The translations under genes and the position numbers were made by a program. The notes under the pieces are model-generated. The model searched no databases. It worked only from the letters and a program-made list of their open reading frames with translations, and had not been told where the DNA came from. DNA of 64,000 bases from Gaiellaceae bacterium. GTDB taxonomy: Bacteria; Actinomycetota; Thermoleophilia; Gaiellales; Gaiellaceae. Positions 26,631 through 35,625 of this stretch are shown here, piece by piece. Location of the stretch: contig DASSND010000066.1 in assembly GCA_035688315.1 (NCBI GenBank), positions 4,237 through 68,236 on the forward strand. Reading direction: 5' to 3'. Each line of letters starts with the position of its first letter. The first letter of the stretch is position 1.

Positions 26631-27574
26631 TTCTTCGTGCCCGCCCCGACGACGAGGGTGGCGCGGTACGAGTGCCCGCGCTCGGCGACGACGAGCGGGT
26701 AGGTGCCCGGCTTGGCGGGCGCGTGCAGCCGCAGCACGCGGTCGGTCGCGAGGCCGCTGAGCCCGTCGAGCCGCCAGAGGTAGACCGGCGCGTCGGTGTC
26801 GACGCCGACCCCGAAGCGCACGCCCGGCTTCTTCAGGACGATCCGGTCGCGGACGAGCTGGATGTAGCGGACGCGCACGACGAGCTGGCGGCGCGCGTTC
26901 GGCTTCGTGATGTTCCCCGCCTCGTCGATGCCGCCGAGGTAGAGCGTGTAGCTGCCGCGGCGGAGCGGCTTGCCGCCGACGATCCCCCGCCACGTGAAGG
27001 CGCCGCTCGCCTTGTGCCCGCGCGTGAGCAGGATCCGCCGCGAGCCGAGGTAGAGCGCCGCGCGCGCAGGGGAGTTGAACCGGTAGGAGATCTTGAGCGT
27101 GTCGCCGACCCGGTCGGCGTCCGGCGAGATGGTGGCGCGCCCCGCGTCGGCGGCGAGCACCTGCGGCGGGTGCGTGTCGAGCACGATCCGGTTCGGGAGC
27201 AGGATCGTCCGGCGCTGGCGGGCGAGGTGGATCTCCGGCTGGTAGACGCCGTCGGGGGCGCGGACGCCCGCGTCGGTCTTGCCGTCCCAGACGAAGCGCA
27301 CCTCGCCGCGCGGCACCGCCTGCCCGTCGGCGACCGTCGCGACGACGTTCCGCTCCGCGTCGCGGATCGTCACCGTCACGTCGTCGGCGTGGCGCATCGT
27401 CACGCGGATCCCGGCCTTGCCGCGCGCGCAGCCGCACGTGGGCGAGATCCGCTTCGCGACGTGCGTCCCGTAGATCGGGCTCTTCACGAGCTTGAGCCGC
27501 TCCGTGATCGCGAACGCCGCAGCGGTGGCGATCAGCAGGCCCACGAGAGCCGCGGTGGAGAGAACCCGCTGCAA
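26627..27574 (-). CDS. Membrane-anchored protein with two FlgD-Ig-like domains
   Basis: 315 aa. The N-terminal anchor is MQRVLSTAALVGLLIATAAAFAI. It has two copies of the FlgD-Ig signature: RGEVRFVWDGKTDAGVRAPDGVYQPEI and ASGAFTWRGIVGGKPLRRGSYTLYLGGIDEAGN. Confidence 0.75.
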   Translation of the reverse strand: MQRVLSTAALVGLLIATAAAFAITERLKLVKSPIYGTHVAKRISPTCGCARGKAGIRVTMRHADDVTVTIRDAERNVVATVADGQAVPRGEVRFVWDGKTDAGVRAPDGVYQPEIHLARQRRTILLPNRIVLDTHPPQVLAADAGRATISPDADRVGDTLKISYRFNSPARAALYLGSRRILLTRGHKASGAFTWRGIVGGKPLRRGSYTLYLGGIDEAGNITKPNARRQLVVRVRYIQLVRDRIVLKKPGVRFGVGVDTDAPVYLWRLDGLSGLATDRVLRLHAPAKPGTYPLVVAERGHSYRATLVVGAGTKK

Positions 27575-27601
27575 GGCGCAGCGATTGTAGGCACGTCCCG
27601 G

Positions 27602-28486
27602 CTAGATCCGTTCGGGCTGGGCGCGCGGCGCCAGCCAGGCCCGCACCCCGGTCGCGGCGAGGCCCGCCGCCACCACGCACAGCCCGCCGATCAGGATCCA
27701 GTCGCTGCCGGGCGCGTCGAGCACCTTGATCCCGCTCAGGGTCAGCACGGCGCCGAGCGTCGCGCGCAGCGCCCCGTCCGGGAGCTTCAGCGTGAAGCGG
27801 CTCGAGAGCAGCACGCCGGGGATCGAGCCGACGAGGAGCCACGCGGTCGCGTGCAGGTCGACGTTGCCGGCGACGAGGTGCCCGATCCCGGCCACCCAGA
27901 GCAGCGCCGCCGCGTGGAAGATGTCGGTGCCGACGATCTTCGGCATCGTCAGCGGGTAGACGAGCACCATCACGAGCCCGAAGAAGGTGCCGCTGCCGAC
28001 CGAGGTGAGGCCGACGACGAAGCCGAAGACGGCGCCGATCGCGAACGCGACCAGCCGGTCGCGGCGGCCGAGCAGGAAGGGGGCGTCGCTCGGCTTGATC
28101 CCGCGCGTGACGACCGACTTGACGAGGAAGCCGATCCCGCCGGCGACGAGCGCCGCGCCGACCGCGTACCCCTCCACGGTCTGGGCCGAGTCGCCGTAGC
28201 GGTGCTTCATCCAGGCGGCGACGGCGACCCCGAGCAGCGACAGCGGCCCCGAGCCGAGGAACATCCAGGCGGCGAGGCGCGCGTGCACGGTGCCGAGCCG
28301 CCGGTGCCGCAGCGCGCCGAACAACTTGAAGATCGCGCCGTGGAGGATGTCGGTGCCGACGGCGTAGGTCGGCTTGAAGCCGAAGAGGATGACGAGGATC
28401 GGCGTCATCAGCGAGCCGCCGCCCATCCCGGTGAGGCCGACGAGCGCGCCGATCAGGAAGCCGGTGAGCGTGAACTGCCAGGTCAT
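27602..28486 (-). CDS. TauE/SafE family sulfite/organosulfonate exporter (copy 1)
   Basis: In-frame ATG at 28486 (ATGA overlap). Sequence: [32 protein letters not shown]..., with a second half-repeat [16 protein letters not shown]. About 8 TM helices. Confidence 0.85.
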   Translation of the reverse strand: MTWQFTLTGFLIGALVGLTGMGGGSLMTPILVILFGFKPTYAVGTDILHGAIFKLFGALRHRRLGTVHARLAAWMFLGSGPLSLLGVAVAAWMKHRYGDSAQTVEGYAVGAALVAGGIGFLVKSVVTRGIKPSDAPFLLGRRDRLVAFAIGAVFGFVVGLTSVGSGTFFGLVMVLVYPLTMPKIVGTDIFHAAALLWVAGIGHLVAGNVDLHATAWLLVGSIPGVLLSSRFTLKLPDGALRATLGAVLTLSGIKVLDAPGSDWILIGGLCVVAAGLAATGVRAWLAPRAQPERI

Positions 28487-29361
28487 TCGGCCACCCGCGC
28501 CTCGACGGCGACCGGCGCGCGCGCGAGCCGCACCGCGACGAGCGCGACGAGCACGACGCAGACCGCGGCGACCGCGATCCAGGCGATCCCGCCCGGCAGG
28601 GCGAGCCGCGCGCCCGACACGAGCAGGACGAGCGCGAGCAGCAGCCGCAGCGGCCGGTCGCCGACCGCGAGCGTCAGCTGCGAGCCCGCGAGCACGCCCG
28701 GGATCGACCCGAGCAGGAGCCACGCGAGCGTGTGCAGGTCGACGTTGCCGGCGACGAGGTGCCCGATCCCGGCCACCCAGAGCAGCGCCGCCGCGTGCAC
28801 GATGTCGGTGCCGACGACCTTGTGGGCGCGCAGCGGGAAGACGACGAGCAGCGTCAGCCCGAAGAAGACGCCGCTGCCGACCGAGGTCAGGCCGACGAGG
28901 AAGCCGCCGAGCAGCCCGATCGCGACCGCGGCGAGCCGGTCGCGGCGCCGCAGCACGAACTCCTCCGGATGGCTGCGGAAGCGGACGAGCGCCTTCAGCA
29001 GCATCCCGAGCCCGCCGGCGAGCAGCACGGCGCCGAGCACGATCCCCTCGACCGAGTCGAGCCCGCCGCCGTAGCGGCGGTGGAGCCAGGTGGCGAGGGC
29101 GACGCCGCCGAGCGACGCGGGCGCGCTGCCGGCGAGCATCCAGCCGGAGAGCCGGGCCTGCACCGTCCCGAGCCGGTGGTGGCGCAGGCCGCCGACGCTC
29201 TTGAAGATCGCGCCGTGCAGCACGTCGGTGCCGATCGCGGTCACGGGGTCGAAGCCGAAGAGGAAGACGAGCGCCGGCGTCATGAGCGAGCCGCCGCCCA
29301 TCCCGGTCAACCCGACGAGCGCGCCGATCAGCAGGCCCGTCAGGGTGAACTGCCAGGTCAT
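28483..29361 (-). CDS. TauE/SafE family sulfite/organosulfonate exporter (copy 2, tandem paralog)
   Basis: In-frame ATG at 29361 (ATGA overlap with the cysNC stop). Sequence: [32 protein letters not shown]..., [16 protein letters not shown]. 28 of the first 29 residues are identical to copy 1. Confidence 0.85.
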   Translation of the reverse strand: MTWQFTLTGLLIGALVGLTGMGGGSLMTPALVFLFGFDPVTAIGTDVLHGAIFKSVGGLRHHRLGTVQARLSGWMLAGSAPASLGGVALATWLHRRYGGGLDSVEGIVLGAVLLAGGLGMLLKALVRFRSHPEEFVLRRRDRLAAVAIGLLGGFLVGLTSVGSGVFFGLTLLVVFPLRAHKVVGTDIVHAAALLWVAGIGHLVAGNVDLHTLAWLLLGSIPGVLAGSQLTLAVGDRPLRLLLALVLLVSGARLALPGGIAWIAVAAVCVVLVALVAVRLARAPVAVEARVAE

Positions 29362-31259
29362 TCGACCAACCCGCGTTCCTGCAGGACGCGGAAGACCTCC
29401 TCGGCGGCGGCCGCCACGTCGAACGTCGCCATGTCGAGATGGACGTCGGGCGCCTCGGGCGGCTCGTACGCGCCGCCGGCGCCGGTGAGGTCGCCGATCG
29501 CGCCCGACTCGGCCCGCGCGTAGAGCCCCTTGCGGTCGCGCTGCGCCGCCAGCTCGGCCGGCAGGTCGACGTGCACCTCGACGAACTCGCCCTCGGGGAA
29601 GAGCGAGCGCGCCGTCTCGCGGTCGGCCCGGAACGGCGACACGAACGCGGCGAGCACGATCAGGCCCGCGTCGGTCATCAGCTTCGCCACCTCGCCCGCC
29701 CGGCGGTTGTTCTCGGCGCGGTCGGCGTCGCTGAACGAGAGGTCCTTCGAGAGCCCGTGCCGCAGGTTGTCGCCGTCGATCAGGACGGTGTGGCGGCCGA
29801 GCGCGTGCAGCCGCTTCTCGAGCGCGTTCGCGACGGACGACTTGCCCGCGCCGGGCAGCCCGGTGAACCAGACGACGAACGGCCGCTGCCCGAGCAGCGC
29901 GGCGCGCGCCTCCCGGTCGATCTCCAGCTCCTGCCACGGCACGCTCTCGTCGCGGCGCGCGCCCGAGCGGAGCAGACCGGCGCCGACGGTGTGGTTGGTG
30001 ATCCGATCGATCAGGATGAAGCCGCCGGTGTCGCGGTTCTCGACGTACGGGTCGAACGCGAGCGGCGAGCCGGTCTCGAGCTGGACGACGCCGATCTCGT
30101 TCAGGTCGAGCTGGTTCGCGGCGATCCGCTCCAGCGTGTCGACGTCGAGCTTGTAGTGGATCGGCGCCACCGTCGCGGGCACGGTCTTCGTCCCGCAGCG
30201 CATCAGGTAGGTGCGCCCGCGCAGGAGCGGCTCCTCCGCCATCCAGACGACGGTCGCCTCGAACTGCTCGGCGACCCGCGCCGGCGCGTCGGCCGCGACG
30301 ACCACGTCGCCGCGCGAGACGTCGATCTCGTCGGCGAGCGTCAGCGTCACCGCCTGCCCCGCGACCGCGCGCTCGAGGTCGGTCTCGAAGCCGACGACGC
30401 GCTCGACGGTCGTCTCGCGCCGGTTCGGCAGGACGAGGACGCGGTCGCCGGGCGCGACCGAGCCGCCGGCGACGGTGCCGGCGAAGCCGCGGAAGTCGCT
30501 GCTGGGCCGGTTCACCCACTGCACCGGCAGCCGGAACGGCGCGTCCTGCATCCGCTCCTGGTCGACCTCGACCGCCTCGAGGTAGCCCATCAGCGACGGC
30601 CCGTCGTACCAGGGCATCGCCTCGGAGCGCTCGATCACGTTGTCGCCGCGCAGCGCCGAGAGCGGGATCAGCGTGAAGCCCTCCAGCCCGAGCTGCGCCG
30701 CGAACTCGGCGTACTCCCGCTCGATCTCGCGGAAGCGGCCCTCCGAGAACTCGACGAGGTCCATCTTGTTGCAGGCGACCGCGACGTGGCGGATCCCGAG
30801 CAGGTGGACGAGATAGCTGTGGCGCCGCGTCTGCGTGAGCACGCCCTTGCGCGCGTCGAGCAGGATCACCGCGCAGTCGGCGGTGGAGGCGCCGGTGACC
30901 ATGTTGCGCGTGTACTGCTCGTGGCCGGGCGTGTCGGCGACGATGTACTTGCGCCTGTCGGTCGAGAAGAAGCGGTAGGCGACGTCGATCGTGATCCCCT
31001 GCTCGCGCTCGGCGGCGAGCCCGTCGAGCAGGAGCGCGAAGTCCAGCTCCTCGCCCTGGGTGCCGACGCGCCGCGAGTCGGCCTCGAGCGCGGTGAGCTG
31101 GTCCTCGAAGAGCATCTGCGCCTCGTAGAGCAGGCGGCCGATCAGGGTCGACTTGCCGTCGTCGACCGAGCCGCAGGTGATGAAGCGCAGCAGCGACTTG
31201 TGCTCGTGCGCGTCGAGGTAGGCGAGGATGTCCTCGGAGATCAGGTCGGTCTGCGCCAC
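29358..31259 (-). CDS. cysNC: Bifunctional sulfate adenylyltransferase subunit 1 (GTPase) / adenylylsulfate kinase
   Basis: In-frame GTG at 31259. GTPase motifs are present: [34 protein letters not shown] and ACNKMDL. The C-terminal APS-kinase domain has [32 protein letters not shown] and KGLYARA. Confidence 0.9.
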   Translation of the reverse strand: MAQTDLISEDILAYLDAHEHKSLLRFITCGSVDDGKSTLIGRLLYEAQMLFEDQLTALEADSRRVGTQGEELDFALLLDGLAAEREQGITIDVAYRFFSTDRRKYIVADTPGHEQYTRNMVTGASTADCAVILLDARKGVLTQTRRHSYLVHLLGIRHVAVACNKMDLVEFSEGRFREIEREYAEFAAQLGLEGFTLIPLSALRGDNVIERSEAMPWYDGPSLMGYLEAVEVDQERMQDAPFRLPVQWVNRPSSDFRGFAGTVAGGSVAPGDRVLVLPNRRETTVERVVGFETDLERAVAGQAVTLTLADEIDVSRGDVVVAADAPARVAEQFEATVVWMAEEPLLRGRTYLMRCGTKTVPATVAPIHYKLDVDTLERIAANQLDLNEIGVVQLETGSPLAFDPYVENRDTGGFILIDRITNHTVGAGLLRSGARRDESVPWQELEIDREARAALLGQRPFVVWFTGLPGAGKSSVANALEKRLHALGRHTVLIDGDNLRHGLSKDLSFSDADRAENNRRAGEVAKLMTDAGLIVLAAFVSPFRADRETARSLFPEGEFVEVHVDLPAELAAQRDRKGLYARAESGAIGDLTGAGGAYEPPEAPDVHLDMATFDVAAAAEEVFRVLQERGLVE

Positions 31260-32167
31260 TAGAAGTAGCCCTCGACCTTCTTCTTCTCCATCGAGGCGGC
31301 CTCGTCGTAGTCGATCACGCGGCCCTGCCGCTCCGAGGTCTTCGCGAGCAGCATCTCCTGGATGATCTTCGGCAGCGTGTCCGCCTCCGACTCGACGGCG
31401 CCCGAGAGCGGGTAGCAGCCGAGCGTCCGGAAGCGCACCTTCCTGCGCATCGGCTCCTCGCCCGGCTCGAGCCGCATCCGCTCGTCGTCGACCATGATCA
31501 GCGTCCCGTCGCGCTCGACGACGGGCCGTTCGGCCGCGAAGTAGAGCGGCACGATCGGGATCCCCTCGCGGTGGATGTAGAGCCACACGTCCAGCTCCGT
31601 CCAGTTCGAGAGCGGGAAGACGCGGATCGACTCGCCGCGGCGGTGGCGCGCGTTGTAGAGCCGCCACAGCTCCGGCCGCTGGTTCTTCGGGTCCCAGCGG
31701 TGCTGCGCGGTGCGGAAGGAGAAGATCCGCTCCTTCGCGCGCGAGCGCTCCTCGTCGCGGCGGGCGCCGCCGAAGGCCGCGTCGAAGCCGTACTTGTCGA
31801 GCGCCTGCTTCAGGCCCTCCGTCTTCATCACGTCGGTGTGGACGACCGAGCCGGAGTCGAACGGGTTGATCCCGCGCGCGAGCCCCTCCTCGTTCACGTG
31901 CACGAGCAGGTTCAGCCCGTGCTCCTCCGCCATCCGCGCGCGGAAGCGGTACATGTCCTGGAACTTCCAGGTCGTGTCGACGTGCAGGAACGGGAACGGC
32001 GGCGGCGCCGGCCAGAACGCCTTGCGGGCGAGGTGCAGCATCACCGAGCTGTCCTTGCCGATCGAGTAGAGCATCACCGGGTTCTCGGCCTCGGCGACGA
32101 CCTCGCGCATGATGTCGATCGCCTCCGCCTCGAGGCGTTCGAGATGGGTGAGGCGGACGCGGCTCAG
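31259..32167 (-). CDS. cysD: Sulfate adenylyltransferase subunit 2
   Basis: Near-colinear with E. coli CysD as I recall it: [49 protein letters not shown]...[20 protein letters not shown]...[16 protein letters not shown]...[11 protein letters not shown]. There is no ATG/GTG/TTG upstream of the conserved RLTHL block. The best candidate start is CTG at 32167, overlapping the cysC stop (CTGA). Confidence 0.85.
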   Translation of the reverse strand: MSRVRLTHLERLEAEAIDIMREVVAEAENPVMLYSIGKDSSVMLHLARKAFWPAPPPFPFLHVDTTWKFQDMYRFRARMAEEHGLNLLVHVNEEGLARGINPFDSGSVVHTDVMKTEGLKQALDKYGFDAAFGGARRDEERSRAKERIFSFRTAQHRWDPKNQRPELWRLYNARHRRGESIRVFPLSNWTELDVWLYIHREGIPIVPLYFAAERPVVERDGTLIMVDDERMRLEPGEEPMRRKVRFRTLGCYPLSGAVESEADTLPKIIQEMLLAKTSERQGRVIDYDEAASMEKKKVEGYF

Positions 32168-32727
32168 CTCGGCACCTCGCCGCGCAGCAGGTTCAGCTCC
32201 TCGAGGCGGGCGAGCACGCGCGCGGCCGACTCGGTCGGCGTCTCGCCGCTCGTGTCGAGCCGCAGGTCCGGCTCGAGCGGCTCCTCGTAGGGGGAGGAGA
32301 CGCCGGTGAACTCGTCGATCTCGCCGGCGAACGCGGCCGCGTAGAGGCCCTTCGGGTCGCGGCGCGCGCACTCCTGCAGCGGCGTCGCGACGTGGATCTC
32401 GACGAACGGCGCGTGCTGCTCGACGAGCGCGCGGGCGTGCCGGCGCAGCTCCTCGTAGGGCGAGATCGCGGAGACGATCACGACGGCGCCGGCGCGGGCG
32501 AGCCGCGACGAGACCCAGCCGATCCGCGCGATGTTCGTGTCGCGGTCCTCCTTCGAGAAGCCGAGCCCCTTCGAGAGATGGGTGCGGACGATGTCGCCGT
32601 CGAGGTGGTCGACGACGAGCCCGCGCCGCTCCAGCTCCGGCTCGACGATGTTCGCGATCGTCGTCTTGCCGGCGCCCGAGAGCCCGGTGAACCAGAGGAC
32701 GAATCCCCCACGCCCGTTGTCGCTCAC
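32164..32727 (-). CDS. cysC: Adenylylsulfate (APS) kinase, stand-alone
   Basis: In-frame GTG at 32727 (GTGA overlap with the cysH stop). Sequence: [29 protein letters not shown]...[30 protein letters not shown]...DPKGLYAAA. Confidence 0.9.
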   Translation of the reverse strand: MSDNGRGGFVLWFTGLSGAGKTTIANIVEPELERRGLVVDHLDGDIVRTHLSKGLGFSKEDRDTNIARIGWVSSRLARAGAVVIVSAISPYEELRRHARALVEQHAPFVEIHVATPLQECARRDPKGLYAAAFAGEIDEFTGVSSPYEEPLEPDLRLDTSGETPTESAARVLARLEELNLLRGEVPS

Positions 32728-33389
32728 GCGACCTCCTTGGTCGAGACGGTGTGAATGCCGCACTCGGTGCGCTCGCTGCCGGCCCAGCGGCCCTCGCGGC
32801 CCTTGCCCGGCAGCGTCGAGTGCGTGTCGCCGATCGAGTCGTAGCCGCGGTCGTGCAGCGGGTTGTACGGGAGCCCGCGCTCGCGGATGTAGGCCCAGCA
32901 GTCGTCGTCCGTCCAGTCGGCGAGCGGGTTCGCCTTCCACAGCTCGTGCCGGTCGTCCCAGCCGAGCTTCGGCGCGTCGGCGCGCGTCGGCGACTGCTCG
33001 CGGCGGATCCCGGTGATCCAGCAGTCGAGGTCGAGGAGCGCGCGCGTGAGCGGCTCGATCTTCGCGAGCGCGAGGTAGAGGTCGGGCTTCGTCTCCCAGA
33101 GCCCGTCCTCGACCGGCTTGCCCTCGAAGCGCTCGATCGTCGTCCCGTAGCGCCGCTCCACCTCGCGCCACAGCTCGTAGGTCTCCGGGAAGAGGTGGTG
33201 CGTGTCGATCGCGAAGACGCGCGCGCCCGGCTCCAGCTCGAGCAGCATGTCGAACAGCACCGTCTCCTCCTTCTGGAAGGAGCAGGCGAGCGCGACCCGG
33301 CCGGGGAACGCGGCGAGGACGTGCTCGAGCACGCGCTCGGCCGGCCACGACTCGACGTCAGGGGGCAGGCGCAAGGTCGGCGTCGCCAC
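32724..33389 (-). CDS. cysH: Phosphoadenosine phosphosulfate (PAPS) reductase, thioredoxin-type (no Fe-S cysteine pairs)
   Basis: 221 aa. Contains [32 protein letters not shown] and a C-terminal ECGIH catalytic Cys motif. I do not see the CC...CxxC cluster typical of APS reductases. Confidence 0.85.
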   Translation of the reverse strand: MATPTLRLPPDVESWPAERVLEHVLAAFPGRVALACSFQKEETVLFDMLLELEPGARVFAIDTHHLFPETYELWREVERRYGTTIERFEGKPVEDGLWETKPDLYLALAKIEPLTRALLDLDCWITGIRREQSPTRADAPKLGWDDRHELWKANPLADWTDDDCWAYIRERGLPYNPLHDRGYDSIGDTHSTLPGKGREGRWAGSERTECGIHTVSTKEVA

Positions 33390-34155
33390 CGAGCAGCACC
33401 TCCTTCAGCGTGTCGCCGCGCAGGCCGAGCCGCAGCGTCTCGAGCGGGATGACCTCCTCGGGCGGGATGTTGCCGAGGTTGACGTTGGAGCCGAAGTGCT
33501 TGACGAACCAGGCCTGGCTCGCCTTCGTCGGCGCCTCCCAGATCAGGTTGGCGAACGAGATCGAGTGCTCGATCTCGTCGACGAGCCCGGTGCGCAGCTC
33601 GCCGGTCGGCCGGTAGATCCCGGCGGTGCCGCCCTCGCGGCCCTCGGTGATCACCTTCCAGGCGCCCGCCTCCAGCTCGTCCTTGATCCACTGCACCCAC
33701 TGGAAGGGCGCGAACACGACCTCGGTGTCCTTCGAGCCGACCTCGGAGAGGACGGTGAAGTCGCGGGCGAAGTCGGCGATCAGCTCGAGCTTGCGCTCGC
33801 GCGGGATCTCGATCGTGCCGTCGGAGATCTCGACGTGGGTGAAGCGGTGCTCCTGCAGCCACGCCTTGAACTCGTCGAGCCGGCCGCGCGCGTAGACGGC
33901 CTCGAAGAGCGTGCCGCCGCAGACGACGGGCGTCTCGAAGGAGCGGTAGAGCGCGATCTTCTTCTCGAGGTTGTTCGTGACGTAGCTCGTGCCCCAGCCG
34001 AACTTGACGATGTCGACGAACTGGCCGGCGGTGTCGAAGAGGCCCTCGACGTCGCGCAGGTTCAGCCCCTTGTCGATCACGTGCGTCAGCCCCTCGGAGC
34101 GCGGCTTGCCGGGGCGCGGCGGCAGGTCGAGAAAGCCGTCCTCAAAGGCGGGCAT
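33358..34155 (-). CDS. comA: (2R)-phospho-3-sulfolactate synthase
   Basis: 265 aa, with the ComA blocks I recall from the methanogen enzyme: [86 protein letters not shown]. Confidence 0.85.
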   Translation of the reverse strand: MPAFEDGFLDLPPRPGKPRSEGLTHVIDKGLNLRDVEGLFDTAGQFVDIVKFGWGTSYVTNNLEKKIALYRSFETPVVCGGTLFEAVYARGRLDEFKAWLQEHRFTHVEISDGTIEIPRERKLELIADFARDFTVLSEVGSKDTEVVFAPFQWVQWIKDELEAGAWKVITEGREGGTAGIYRPTGELRTGLVDEIEHSISFANLIWEAPTKASQAWFVKHFGSNVNLGNIPPEEVIPLETLRLGLRGDTLKEVLLGGDADLAPAP

Positions 34156-34729
34156 AGAGCTCCTCCAGCTTCTTCGTCGCGGCGGCCTGGACGTCGTGGT
34201 AGAGCGAGTTGCCGTGGGCGTCGATGCCGACGGTGAGCGGGCCGAAGTCCTTGACCCGGAACTTCCAGAGGCACTCGGGCATCAGCTCCTCCCACTGCAC
34301 CTCCTCGATCTCCTCGATCTGCGTCGTCTCGAGCGCGGCGGCGCCGCCGACGATCGCGAAGTAGACCATCCCGTGCGCTCGCATCGGCTCGATCGCCTCG
34401 TCGGGGAAGCCGCCCTTGCCGCAGATCGCGCGCACGCCGTAGCGTTCTCCCAGGCCTTCGGTGAAGCGAACCATCCGCGCCGAGGTGGTGGTGCCGATGC
34501 AGACCTTCTCGTAGCGGCCGTCGGCGAGCTTGCGCACGCCGGGCGCCGTGTGCAGGAGGAAGGCGCCGCTGAGGTCCATCGGCGGCTCCATGCCCTGGTC
34601 GAAGATGCGGATCTGCGTCCGGTCGCGGATGCCGACGATGTGCCCCTGCACGATCACCTCGTCGCCGGCGCGGAGCTTCAGGATCTCCTCCGGGTCGGCG
34701 ATCGGGAACGTGATCTCGTGCGTCGCCAT
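34142..34729 (-). CDS. Fe-S hydro-lyase beta subunit (class I fumarate hydratase / L(+)-tartrate dehydratase beta-type)
   Basis: In-frame ATG at 34729. Sequence: MATHEITFPIADPEEILKLRAGDEVIVQGHIVGIRDRTQIRIF...HTAPGV...IGTTTSARM...ICGKGGF...VYFAIVGGAAAL. The 195-aa size matches the beta subunit of the heterodimeric family. Confidence 0.8.
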   Translation of the reverse strand: MATHEITFPIADPEEILKLRAGDEVIVQGHIVGIRDRTQIRIFDQGMEPPMDLSGAFLLHTAPGVRKLADGRYEKVCIGTTTSARMVRFTEGLGERYGVRAICGKGGFPDEAIEPMRAHGMVYFAIVGGAAALETTQIEEIEEVQWEELMPECLWKFRVKDFGPLTVGIDAHGNSLYHDVQAAATKKLEELYARL

Positions 34730-35625
34730 CAGGCCTCCCTGTCGAAGTCGGTGGCGCCGTCGGCGGCGACGTGCGCGGTCGCGCGCCGGGCCGCCCAGCA
34801 CTGGTAGTTGACCGCCACCGGGTTGAGCGTCATGTGCGTGTCGGCGTGCTCGACGTGGCAGTTGAGGACGGTGACGTCGCCGCCGAGCCCCATCGGCCCG
34901 ATCCCGGTCTCGTTCAGGAGCCCGTACAGCTCCTCCTCGAGCTTCGCGACCTCCGGGTCGGCGTTGCGGGTGCCGATCGGCCGCGCGATCGCCTCCTTCG
35001 CGAGGTACATCGCGTAGTCGGCGGAGCCGCCGATGCCGACGCCGACGATCCCGGGCGGGCACGGCTTGCCGCCGGCGCCGACGATCGACTCGAGCACGAA
35101 CTGCTTGACGCCCTTCACCCCGTCGGCCGGGTTGAGCATCTTCAGGAAGCTCATGTTCTCGGAGCCGGAGCCCTTCGGCACACACTTGACGTCGAGCCCG
35201 TCCCAGTCGGCGACGAACTCCCAGTGCACGATCGGCAGCCGGTGCCCGACGTTCGGGCCGGTGTTCTGCCGCGTGAGCGTGTGGACGGCGTTCGAGCGGA
35301 GCGGATGTTCGAGGGTCGCGCGCGCGGTGCCGTCGCGGAGCGCCTCGTAGATCCGCGCCGGGTGGAGCGGGAAGTGCTCGCCGACGCGGCAGGTGTAGAC
35401 GGCGATGCCGGTGTCCTGGCAGACGAGATTCTTCTCGGTGTCGGCGACCTCGACGTTGCGGAGGATCGTGCCGAGGACGCGCTGCCCGGGCACCGAGGTC
35501 TCGCGCCCGGCGGCGTCGCGGAGCGCGTCGCGGAGATCCTGCGGGATGTCCTTCAGCGCCCAGACGTAGAGGTGTGCGGCCGCGTCCTCGACGGCGCGCT
35601 GGAGATCGGTTGCGACGGCGTTCAT
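34729..35625 (-). CDS. Fe-S hydro-lyase alpha subunit (class I fumarate hydratase / tartrate dehydratase alpha-type)
   Basis: In-frame ATG at 35625 (ATGA overlap). Contains NLVCQDTGIAVY, KCVPKGSGSENMSFLKML and GKPCPPGIVGVGIGGSADYA (the three Cys-containing blocks of the family). 298 aa. Confidence 0.8.
   Translation of the reverse strand: MNAVATDLQRAVEDAAAHLYVWALKDIPQDLRDALRDAAGRETSVPGQRVLGTILRNVEVADTEKNLVCQDTGIAVYTCRVGEHFPLHPARIYEALRDGTARATLEHPLRSNAVHTLTRQNTGPNVGHRLPIVHWEFVADWDGLDVKCVPKGSGSENMSFLKMLNPADGVKGVKQFVLESIVGAGGKPCPPGIVGVGIGGSADYAMYLAKEAIARPIGTRNADPEVAKLEEELYGLLNETGIGPMGLGGDVTVLNCHVEHADTHMTLNPVAVNYQCWAARRATAHVAADGATDFDREA

Noticed and set aside
29358-33389. The PAPS-producing genes as evidence for a sulfotransferase-based sulfated glycan.
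   Set aside because: I could not recognise any sulfotransferase-like ORF in the window. The presence of CysH plus ComA explains the PAPS requirement through sulfite instead. This is not excluded genome-wide.
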